A stretch of 64,000 bases of DNA from the NCBI GenBank assembly GCA_002269645.1, contig NIVC01001115.1:249403-313402 (forward strand). The letters are read 5' to 3'. The number at the start of each line of letters is the position of its first letter. The first letter of the stretch is position 1. Made by a program: the position numbers and the translations under genes. The notes below the pieces were generated by a model that worked only from the letters and a program-made list of their open reading frames with translations, ran no database searches and was not told the origin of the DNA. Below, piece after piece: positions 53,743 to 64,000 of the stretch. This stretch comes from Macrostomum lignano. Lineage: Eukaryota.

Positions 53743-56700
53743 TCAACACTTTTCTCCAAAAAAATTCAATTGAGGAAATTCTTTCCTGGCATTGAAATAC
53801 AAGCTAGAGACATTCCGTTGTCGGGTCGCGAAACTACCGGAGGTTATGTGACGAAACTGATGAATGGCAAGAGTTGAGTTTTTGAGAAGTGATTGCTGAT
53901 AATTTCGCCCGGCCAGTGCTTCACAAATTGCTTTCAACGTGCTGTCAATCGGGTTCCGCATGCTCATGCTTTTCAAGCAAGCACTTTGAAAAGTTCCCGT
54001 CTGAACAATGTCAAAGCGAGGACTAAAAACATCTGGCTCAAACAAATGAACTTTACAAGTAAAGTTTTTGCTGCAAAGCTGACCACTTCTTTGTTGATTT
54101 CGATTCAATACTCGCTGCATTAGAAGCGGTCCAGTCACCTCTGGGGCATCCGAATTTTTTCGATGTATCCGTCCTCGTCCTGCAATTATCGATCGAAAAC
54201 GCCGGTGGCGAAGCGGATTGAAATACATGATAGATGGTCTGCCAGCCCTTCTCATAGCCGCAGTCTTCTCGGTTCCCGCCAGTAGACTATCGGCAATCGC
54301 GTGCACGGTGGCGTCAAAAAACGGATGACCGGGCGTGCTGAACATGACGGCGTTGGACACCAGCGAGTTGCGGCCGAACAGCAGTTTAGCGTGCTCAAGC
54401 GGCTCAGCGGCTAGCATGGCACCAGCGATCGGCTCGTCGAACAGATGCTCCAAGTTTCGAACCGGCTCGGTGTCCAGGTCCAGGTAAAGGCCGCCGAAGC
54501 TGCGCAGTGCCAGAACCCGAACAAGGTCGGAGCGTTCCAGCGACGTCTGCGCGGTCTGCAAGGCGGTAGCCAGCCGACTGCCGGGCCAGTAGAGCAGCCG
54601 CGTCAGGCAGGCGGCGTCTTCGTTGCGCCACAGCCAGAACGACATCGACGGATGCGTCGACAACCAGCGCCGCAGCAAAGGTCGATACTCGAGGCGCAGG
54701 TGCTCACTTCGAGCGGTGAAATGAATCAGACGCGGGAGCTTGTTGGCGATCTGCAGCTGCTCGTCAGCTGGCGACAAAAAACTTACGGCCGTTGCAGGTG
54801 TCAATGCGACTCTGGATTCTCTAAAATGATGAAAGACAATCGATCGTGACATCAACTGCGACTATATGACTCTGACTATGACTATGACTATGACTGACTA
54901 TGACTATGACTGACTATGACTATGACTTTGACTATGACTGACTATGACTGACTATGACTTTGACTATGACTGACTATGGCTATATGACTATGACTATGAC
55001 TGACTATGACTTTGACTATGACTGACTATGACTATGATGACTTTGACCATGACTGACTATGGCTATATGACTATGACTATGACTGACTATGACTTTGACT
55101 ATGACTGACTATTGACTATAACTGACTATGACTATATGACTATGAGTATGACTGACTATGACTATATGACTTTGACTATGACTGATTATGACTTTGACTA
55201 TGACTGACTATGAGTATGACTATGACTTTGACTATGACTGACTATGACTGACTATGACTTTGACTATGACTGACTATGGCTATATGACTATGACTATGAC
55301 TGACTATGACTTTGACTATGACTGACTATGACTATGATGACTTTGACCATGACTGACTATGGCTATATGACTATGACTATGACTGACTATGACTTTGAAT
55401 ATGACTGACTATGACTATGATGACTTTGACCATGACTGACTATGGCTATATGACTATGACTATGACTGACTATGACTTTGACTATGACTGACTGATTGAC
55501 TATAACTGACCATGACTAAATGACTATGAGTATGACTGACTATGACTATATGACTTTGACTATGACTGACTATGACTTTGACTATGACTTTGACTATGAC
55601 TGACTATGACTTTGACTATGACTGACTATGACTATGACTGACTATGGCTATATGACTATGAGTATGACTATGACTTTGACTATGACTGACTATGACTATG
55701 ACTTTGACTGTGACTGACTATGACTGACTATGACTGACTATGACTGACCATGACTTTGACAATGACTGACTATGGCTATATGACTATGACTATGACTGAC
55801 TATGACTTTGAATATGACTGACTATGACTATGATGACTTTGACCATGACTGACTATGGCTATATGACTATGACTATGACTGACTATGACTTTGACTATGA
55901 CTGACTATTGACTATAACTGACTATGACTATATGACTATGAGTATGACTGACTATGACTATATGACTTTGACTATGACTGACTATGACTTTGACTATGAC
56001 TGACTATGAGTATGACTATGACTTTGACTATGACTGACTATGACTATGACTTTGACTATGACTGACTATGACTGACTATGACTGACTATGACTGACTATG
56101 ACTGACTATGACTTTGACTATGACTGACTATGGCTATATGACTATGACTATGACTGACTATGACTTTGAATATGACTGACTATGACTATGATGACTTTGA
56201 CCATGACTGACTATGGCTATATGACTATGACTATGACTGACTATGACTTTGACTATGACTGACTATTGACATAACTGACTGAGACTATATGACTTTGATT
56301 ATGACTGACTATGACTTTGACTATGACTGACTATGACTTTGACTATGACTGACTATGGCTATGACTATGACTGACTATGGCTATATGACTATGAGTATGA
56401 CTATGACTTTGACTATGACTGACTATGACTATGACTTTGACTATGACTGACTATGACTATGACTTTGACTATGACTGACTATGACTGACTATGACTTTGA
56501 CTATGACTGACTATGACTGACTATGACTGACTATGACTGACTATGACTATGACTGACTATATGACTATGACTTTGACTATGACTATGACTTTGACTATGA
56601 CTGACTATGACTATGACTGACTATGGCTATATGACTATGAGTATGATTGACTATGACTATGACTATGACTATGACTATGACAATGACTGACTATGACTGA

Positions 56701-57299
56701 CTATGACTGACTATGGCTGTATGACTATGAGTATGACTGACCATGACTATGACTATGACTATGACTGACTATGACTGACTATGGCTATATGACTATGAGT
56801 ATGACTGTCTATGACTATGACTATGACTATGACTGACTATGACTGACTATGACTATGACTGACTATGACTATGACTGACTATGACTATGACTATGACTAT
56901 GACTATGATTATGACTGTGACTATGACTGGCTATGGCTATGACTATGAATATGATTATATTTATTACTATGACTATGACTGAATATGACTATGAATATGA
57001 TTATGACTATGACTATGACTTAGAATATGAGTATGACTTACTTTGACTAGCTATGACTGTGACTATGACTGTGACTATGAAAACGACTACACTACTACTG
57101 CTACTACTACAAACCGGTGATCTGAAGCCTTGTGGCACCAAAGCCGGATTTGTCCCGCAGCTTCAGTCGCCGCCGTCCAGACGCACATGAGAGCGCAGGC
57201 CGCCGCCGCCAGCAGCAGCAGGAAGTACAGCAGCCGAAGCCGGCAATTCAGAATGCTCCAAAGAATCCTTCGGGACCAGCAGAGACAGGCCGCTGCCAT
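53743..57299 (-). CDS. GT32 family (DXD, Gly_transf_sug/PF04488-type) glycosyltransferase, type II membrane. Exons 57115-57299 and 53743-54820 (420 aa)
   Basis: PRLIHFT, WLWRNED, RSDLVRVLALRSFGGLYLDLD (DXD), SNAVMFSTPGHPFF and VTGP. Exon 1 encodes a basic segment plus hydrophobic LLYFLLLLAAAACALMCVW anchor. Phase-2 GTTTGT..TTTTAG intron. Confidence 0.85.
54860..57090. repeat. Compound (GACTAT)n/(GACT)n/(GACTTT) microsatellite, about 2.2 kb, filling the glycosyltransferase intron
   Basis: Directly visible, with recurring higher-order blocks such as gatgactttgaccatgactgactatggctatat. Confidence 0.99.
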
Positions 57300-57489
57300 C
57301 GGGTTCGCTCTGAAGCCTACAGCTCGCTCTCTCCCGGTAGGAAACTAAAATGGACTAAAAATCCTGTTGCATAAATACTTTGTCAATTGCCAACTTCCAG
57401 ACCATAGCGACTGCAGATTAGAGGGATTAAAAGTTTGTCAAAGCTATTGAAGATTAAAACAAAATTAGAGAAAAAGGAGTTAATCGGAT

Positions 57490-58400
57490 TTACTGTTGAC
57501 CTTGACTGAAAGGGCCCATGCATGCAGATGCCATGTTAAATGTACTGTAGAGACAGGAATTTATAAAGAACGTGACCGAATTAACTATGGGATTACTGCC
57601 CACTGACAGACACGTTGAAGAGGCCGGCTGGCTATTACTTGAGGATTTGTCGGGGAGGGGGGGGGTTGACGCGCGGGGCTCCTCCTCTAGAATAACTTTC
57701 TCATAGCTTTGATTTGTAAGAAAGAACTTTAAATTCAAATTTGTTCGAATTGAATTGGCATGATGGCAAAGTGATTAACATCATAATTAATTAGCTATGG
57801 TAATTATGATTGTGTAGATACTATATGATACTATGATACTATGATTATGATAATAATGTTGATTATGATGATATGACTACGATGACTTTGACGATTTATG
57901 TATTTATTTTATACTTAGGCGCATTGTTACAACCGGCGAGAGGCATTGCTGCCCATTCCGCCGACTCCCCTGAGCAGGCACACAAGCGCGCGGATACGTA
58001 CGCAGTCATACGCACAGGCACACACTCACACAGGAGTGTACAGCGGCCCTAACTTTATTTATCGTTAGGCATGTACACTTCACTGTGCTGGTGGGGGTTT
58101 TGGCTCTCAAGGCCGTTAATTGCACGAGCAGAGCCAAGCCGAGATTCCGATTTAGTCCGCTGTTGTGTCCCGAGACGGACCAGCCAGCTTCGTCTCGCGC
58201 TCTGTACGAGCAGGGAGACTCAGCCCAGTCCTGCTGCTTGCCAACCCACTGTCGCACAAACGCGCAGGCAGAAGCCCGGCAACCAGGGTCGCAGCGAACG
58301 CACAGGCCCTGGTGACGATGACCTAATGGAGCTAGAGCCCAAATAACAAAAGCAGAACGATACTTACTGGGGCGTAGGTTGCTCACTCGGTGCTCAAAGC
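57490..58400 (-). other. Cluster of exon-like GC-rich segments, gene not resolved
   Basis: Splice-like signals at 58363 (gtaagt) and about 57915, and a terminal-exon-like ORF YEKVILEEEPRASTPPLPDKSSS. No recognisable family. Confidence 0.25.
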
Positions 58401-58937
58401 GTCTATGTTGAATACGATTGCTAGCACGATTGTATATTGTTTTTATTGGTTATGGTCGGAGCGGCGAAGGAGCCAGAGGAGAAACGATCAAAAGGGTCAG
58501 CGAGGGGGAGGAGACAGGAGCGCACACCAATAAATATGTCAGTACAACATGGGGTGGGGCAAAAGCTGCAGGGTAAGAGAAAAGGCGGGGTGGGCAGAGA
58601 GAGCGAGCGGGGATTGGTTGCAGCCACACAGAACGCGACTGGGGTAGAAAACATGAATTGCAGATAACAGCGATAGCCAATGAGAGTGTGACGTTGCTGT
58701 TTAGAGTGGTCCCGCAAAAGGGCCGTTGGACTACAATTTCCCTTACAATTTCTCATTTAAAATTTCCAATTGTGTATTCTCACGTTTACTTGTAGTAGCG
58801 CGCAACTAATCTGTACCAATTGCTAAATCATTGCGTACTTTGTAAGCTTTGCGTACGTCTGTAGAATCTCGCGCGATCGATAATTTCTGTTTCTTGTTTT
58901 TCCCTCGCCAGCCAATGATAACTCTCCGCATATATTA

Positions 58938-59262
58938 TGTTAACCCTTCTGCGCTCCTTTATTAACCCCCCGCCTGGCGGCGGGCTGGGGGCCTCCTCAC
59001 TTCGTGGCCTCTTGTTTTCCTTCTCTCTCCTGTCTGCCTCGTGCCGCCTTATCTCTCGCCACGGCCCCCTCTGTCTCGGCCAGCCTGTTTACGCACTCTT
59101 ACTCCACCGTGTACTGCCACGGGCTAACGCCCAATCTCGCCACTACTTGTCTGCCTGTCTACTTGCTACTCACTGCCATCACTGTGCTCACCGCCATCAT
59201 TTACCACGTTGCGTCGCCACTGCACCTTTCGTCAACTACTTGACTTCATAACTCCAATTACA
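58938..59262 (-). mobile_element. Possible solo-LTR-like segment
   Basis: TGTAA...TAACA termini on the minus strand with AATAAA about 20 nt before the end. No TSD found. Confidence 0.3.
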
Positions 59263-59770
59263 TTCAAAACCATTGTTGCAGCCGCCAGTGCCCCAGAACG
59301 CTATAAGTTTTGTATTGACATTAATCAATTATCATATTAATAACGATAATAAATTAGCTTACGGCAGTCCCCTGCCTTTATACGCCAAGTGCTCCGCTAC
59401 ACAATCCGCTTCGCAAGAATTGACTTCGCAATTACTTTTGGACTACAACGACTTAGCGACAATTCTCGTCAAAACGGCCCTTTTAAGGGTTGTAGTCACC
59501 ACGCCAATAACGTGACAAGAGGGCACGGAGGGGGAGGGATAATAATAATCAGGGGTGAGAAAATCGCAGACAAAGGCTAAACAACTACAATAATAATTCA
59601 TCAATTGATTAGGTCTAGTGCAGTGGCACCAAAATTAAGTAAGTACTTTATGAAAATAGCTCACAACAAGTTGCTAGCATGGAAGGGGTGGGGAGGGTTG
59701 GCAGAGGGAGAGAGAGAGCTACCGTATGGGCAAGTACTGAGTTACAAATTCACAACAGTCCCAAATTAAT

Positions 59771-59842
59771 GCGACTGCGCTTGGAATCGAGCCTGGGCCG
59801 CTGGCACATCAGAGCGCCGCGCTGCACCACTGAGCTACGGCC
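59771..59842 (-). mobile_element. tRNA-like head (probable SINE or tRNA pseudogene)
   Basis: ggccgTAGCTCAGTGGTgcagcgcgg...GGCTCGATTCC gives A and B boxes, but the acceptor stem does not pair. Confidence 0.5.
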
Positions 59843-59849
59843 TCCGACT

Positions 59850-60055
59850 AGGAGGATGATTCTCTGATGATTATGGTGATTATGATGGTTATGATGACTA
59901 TGATGACTATGATGACTATGATGATTATGACGACTATGATAATAATGATGATGATAATGATTATTATGATAATTATAATGATTATGATAATCAGGATGAT
60001 TACGATGATTATAATGATCATGACGATTATGAATAATATGATGATTATGATGGTA
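59850..60055. repeat. (GAT/TAT/AAT)n trinucleotide microsatellite
   Basis: Directly visible. Explains the M/I/T-rich ORF. Confidence 0.95.
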
Positions 60056-60679
60056 CGCTAATGGTTAGAAATACGATATGGCCGATGATGATCACAGATA
60101 AAAGTGATAAGGATTAATGATTATCCCAATGTGAAAATGATTATGAATTAAATAAAACATTCAGTATGTTAAGAAAGCATATTCGAGCTCTGGTTTGCAC
60201 CGCGAACTGCTTGACTGTGACGGGACTTCACACTTAATCAGGATTCCCGACACTGCTCAAGGTCACTGCTTGCAGTCAGAGCATTAGCTCATATAATAGC
60301 ATATATTTTTTTCTTTACATTTAATAAACTCAAAAGAGCATTTACCTTGATATCGACTACTTTAGTAGACACGTTAGTATATTTCCTACGAACTTTAGCA
60401 GTTTTTGCACCACGAATTACAACAAAATATATAGGCCAAAACAGGTGCAAAAGTACTTTTTATGTACTCGCATAATGACGGCAGAAGTTCCAACAAATAA
60501 TTATTTGGTGCTTTTTGAGCAAAAATTAAATAGGAAGCACCCGGGCTCTTTTGAGCGGAATAAAAGGAATATGATCTTCTCAGGGTGGGAGTCTGACGAG
60601 GAAATCAGTTATTAATAACGCCATGCATATGTGGCCATTAGAATAACACTGGTGATTTAAAGCAAATGGGAATTACAAG

Positions 60680-61360
60680 GAGATGAGAGGCAAGTGAGAG
60701 TGAGAGAGAGGCAGTGAAAGTGAGAGAGAGGAAGGGAGAGTGAGAGAGAGGCAGTGAGAGTGAGAGAGAGGAAGTGAGAGTGAGAGAGAGGAAGTGAGAG
60801 TGAGAGAGAGAGGAAGTGAGAGTGAGAGAGAGAGAGGAAGTGAGAGTGAGAGAGATGAAGTGAGCGTGAGTGAGAGAGAGGAAGTGAGAGTGAGAGAGAG
60901 GAAATGAGAGTGAGAGAGAGGAAATGAGAGTGAGAGAGAGGAAATGAGAGTGAGAGAGAGGAAGGGAGAGTAAGAGAGAGGAAATGAGAGTGAGAGAGAG
61001 AGAGAGAGGAAGTGAGAGTGAGAGAGAGGAAATGAGAGTGAGAGTGAGGAAGTGAGAGTGAGAGAGAGGAAGTGAGAGTGAAAGAGAGGAAGTGAGAGTG
61101 AGAGAGAGGAAGTGAGAGTGAGAGAGAGGAAGGGAGAGTGAGAGAGAGGAAATGAGAGTGAGAGAGAGGAAGTGAGAGTGAGAGAGAGGAAGGGAGAGTG
61201 AGATAGAGGAAGGGAGAGTGAGAGAGAGGAAGTGAGAGTGAGAGAGAGGAAGGGAGAGTGAGAGAGAGGAAGTGAGAGTGAGAGAGAGGAAGTGAGAGTG
61301 AGAGAGAGGAAGGGAGAGTGAGAGAGAGGAAGTGAGAGTGAGAGAGAGGAAGTGAGAGTG
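60680..61360. repeat. GA-rich 20-bp repeat GAGAGAGAGGAAGTGAGAGT
   Basis: Directly visible polypurine array. Confidence 0.96.
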
Positions 61361-61710
61361 CCAAGTTGGGAAAGTTGCGGAGAGGGAGAGCTGCAGCTCT
61401 GTAAGCAAACATGTCTGCTACATAAGTCATCCATATTGTTGCTGGTGCAGAAAATCAGTCAGAGATGAAATCATGCCGCAGACAGTCAGTCTCTCGCAGA
61501 AATTGTATGCTCAAGTCTAGTTGGGCGATGAGTCCCCCCCCCCCAAACACTTGCAGCGAATTCCGCAAATAAACGCATTCCCCAGAAAGCTTTGGTCGCA
61601 CATCAAAAGTTCGCTAGCTGGTAAGTGCGAGCCGGACTGAGCTCCGGCCTCTTGGGAATCGAGAGAGTCCAGAGTCACCCACTGTACTTCTTCTGTGTGC
61701 CTCTCTGCAG

Positions 61711-61836
61711 CGACAAATCCTGTTTCTCAGGCTCAGCCCAGCTCAAGAGTCCTGGCTATGCGGCTAATCAAGTGGAATTCCGCATTGAAGCTGAAAGTGG
61801 AATTCGCTCGCCTATTCAAGTCCAGGCCATCCAGGG
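61711..61836 (+). other. Possible plus-strand exon of an unidentified gene
   Basis: Pyrimidine-rich acceptor cctctctgcag and donor gtaggc, with an upstream donor gtaagt at 61621. Two frames are open and no family is recognised. Confidence 0.25.
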
Positions 61837-62394
61837 TAGGCGACACTCTTTATAGTTGTAGAAACTGCGGTGCCAATGGGTAATCCCTCTGGGATGCAAA
61901 TCTTCGTTGTTTTATTGTTATCCAATGTTTAGATATCTTTTCTAGAAAAACATCCGGCTCGCGTCACGTGATCTCTAGTTCGTACGGGTTTAAATAAAAC
62001 TGTGAACGTGTGTAGCAGATTTTGCAATCGAAAATTTATTGATGAAGCCAAATTGTTGCGTTTCCGATTGCAACTTTTCAACATTTATTAGTTTCTTTTA
62101 CTCTTAAGCGATGTTGTATTGAATTGAATTCAATTTTCTCAGACTGCGCGCAAACCCGGAATGATACAAATTGATACAGATAAACAAAATGTCTGACTAA
62201 CGGCATGATGGAGATGGCCGGTGCATTTAGCATGCTCTAAAGAAGCATAGCGCCGAATGTGGTTCGGCCTCAGGTGCATTTCTAAGAAAATAGACTGAAG
62301 CGTCCTTGTACTTTAGTTGTCCATGTAAATCCGCTGCAGCATGGCAAAAAACTATATTCACTACTTCAGATAGAATTCAAATTAACTTTAGGTT

Positions 62395-64000
62395 TGAAGC
62401 AGATTAGCTTCAGGTAGGATTCAGATTAGCTTCAGGTAGGATTCAGATTAGCTTCAGGTAGGATTCAGATTAGCTTCAGATTAGCTTCAGGTAGGATTCA
62501 GATTAGCTTCAGATAGGATTCAGATTAGCTTCAGGTAGGATTCAGATTAGCTTCAGATTAGCTTCAGGTAGGATTCAGATTAGCTTCAGGTAGGATTCAG
62601 ATTAGCTTCAGGTAGGATTCCGATTAGCTTCAGTTAGGATTTAGATTAGCTTCAGGTAGGATTCCGATTAGCTTCAGGTAGGATTCAGATTAGCTTCAGG
62701 TAGGATTCAGATTAGCTTCAGATTAGCTTCAGGTAGGATTCAGATTAGCTTCAGGTAGGATTCAGATTAGCTTCAGGTAGGATTCCGATTAGCTTCAGTT
62801 AGGATTTAGATTAGCTTCAGGTAGGATTCCGATTAGCTTCAGGTAGGATTCAGATTAGCTTCAGATAGGATTCAGATTAGCTTCAGGTAGGTTTCAGATT
62901 AGCTTCAGGTAGGATTCCGATTAGCTTCAGGTAGGATTCAGATTAGCTTCAGATTAGCTTCAGGTAGGATTCAGATTAGCTTCAGGTAGGATTCAGATTA
63001 GCTTCAGATTAGCTTCAGGTAGGATTCAGATTAGCTTCAGATAGGATTCAGATTAGCTTCAGGTAGGATTCAGATTAGCTTCAGATTAGCTTCAGGTAGG
63101 ATTCAGATTAGCTTCAGGTAGGATTCAGATTAGCTTCAGATTAGCTTCAGGTAGGATTCCGATTAGCTTCAGTTAAGATTTAGATTAGCTTCAGGTAGGA
63201 TTCCGATTAGCTTCAGGTAGGATTCAGATTAGCTTCAGGTAGGATTCAGATTAGCTTCAGGTAGGATTCAGATTAGCTTCAGATTAGCTTCAGGTAGGAT
63301 TCAGATTAGCTTCAGGTAGGATTCAGATTAGCTTCAGATTAGCTTCAGGTAGGATTCAGATTAGCTTCAGGTAGGATTCAGATTAGCTTCAGATTAGCTT
63401 CAGGTAGGATTCAGATTAGCTTCAGATTAGCTTCAGGTAGGATTCAGATTAGCTTCAGGTAGGATTCAGATTAGCTTCAGGTAGGATTCCGATTAGCTTC
63501 AGGTAGGATTCAGATTAGCTTCAGGTAGGATTCAGATTAGCTTCAGATTAGCTTCAGGTAGGATTCAGATTAGCTTCAGGTAGGATTCAGATTAGCTTCA
63601 GGTAGGATTCCGATTAGCTTCAGTTAGGATTTAGATTAGCTTCAGGTAGGATTCCGATTAGCTTCAGGTAGGATTCAGATTAGCTTCAGATAGGATTCAG
63701 ATTAGCTTCAGGTAGGATTCAGATTAGCTTCAGGTAGGATTCAGATTAGCTTCAGGTAGGATTCAGATTAGCTTCAGATTAGCTTCAGGTAGGATTCAGA
63801 TTAGCTTCAGGTAGGATTCAGATTAGCTTCAGATTAGCTTCAGGTAGGATTCAGATTAGCTTCAGATTAGCTTCAGGTAGGATTCAGATTAGCTTCAGAT
63901 TAGCTTCAGGTAGGATTCAGATTAGCTTCAGGTAGGATTCAGATTAGCTTCAGGTAGGATTCCGATTAGCTTCAGATTAGCTTCAGTTAGGATTCAGATT
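62395..64000. repeat. Minisatellite of two 11-mers, A=CAGATTAGCTT and B=CAGGTAGGATT, running off the window end
   Basis: Mostly AB 22-mers with interspersed AAB and point variants. Confidence 0.98.

Noticed and set aside
54768-54786. 19-nt intron (gtaagt...ccag) in the glycosyltransferase
   Set aside because: Too short for spliceosomal removal and it would shift the frame. The donor is instead considered as an alternative exit.
58420-58750. Third solo-LTR candidate
   Set aside because: It has AATAAA near a CA end, but the boundaries are ambiguous and there is no TSD.
59771-59842. Functional tRNA gene
   Set aside because: A and B boxes are present but the acceptor stem does not pair, so it is treated as a SINE head or pseudogene. 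The same applies to 9674-9735.

Overview
Eukaryotic (animal) genomic DNA with GT-AG spliceosomal introns, so most of the supplied prokaryote-style ORF track is exon fragments or repeat artefacts. Minisatellite-filled introns and GC-rich exons in AT-rich spacers suggest an invertebrate, possibly the flatworm Macrostomum (inference only). I hand-assembled phase-consistent gene models, all on the minus strand: phosphorylase kinase gamma (5 exons), a secreted heptad-repeat/WSC protein (3 exons), a FAM92/CIBAR-like BAR protein, V-ATPase 16 kDa proteolipid subunit c (2 exons, 5.8 kb intron), a GT32-family glycosyltransferase (2 exons), and a multi-exon syndecan-like proteoglycan. The syndecan-like protein is the most unusual item: its ectodomain carries a thyroglobulin type-1 domain followed by a SEA domain with a G-SVI cleavage motif (EpCAM/Trop-like arrangement), attached to a syndecan TM and cytoplasmic tail. 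Splice phases also allow it to share its first exons with the upstream glycosyltransferase. Mobile DNA includes an RNase H-bearing LINE nested antisense inside a related LINE, two tRNA-derived CORE-like SINE copies, a hAT-type MITE with 8-bp TSD, a foldback element and a Tc1 remnant. About 20 mini/microsatellite arrays are present, several sharing core motifs. No CRISPR array, rRNA or intact tRNA gene was found. All gene models are manual predictions without transcript evidence.
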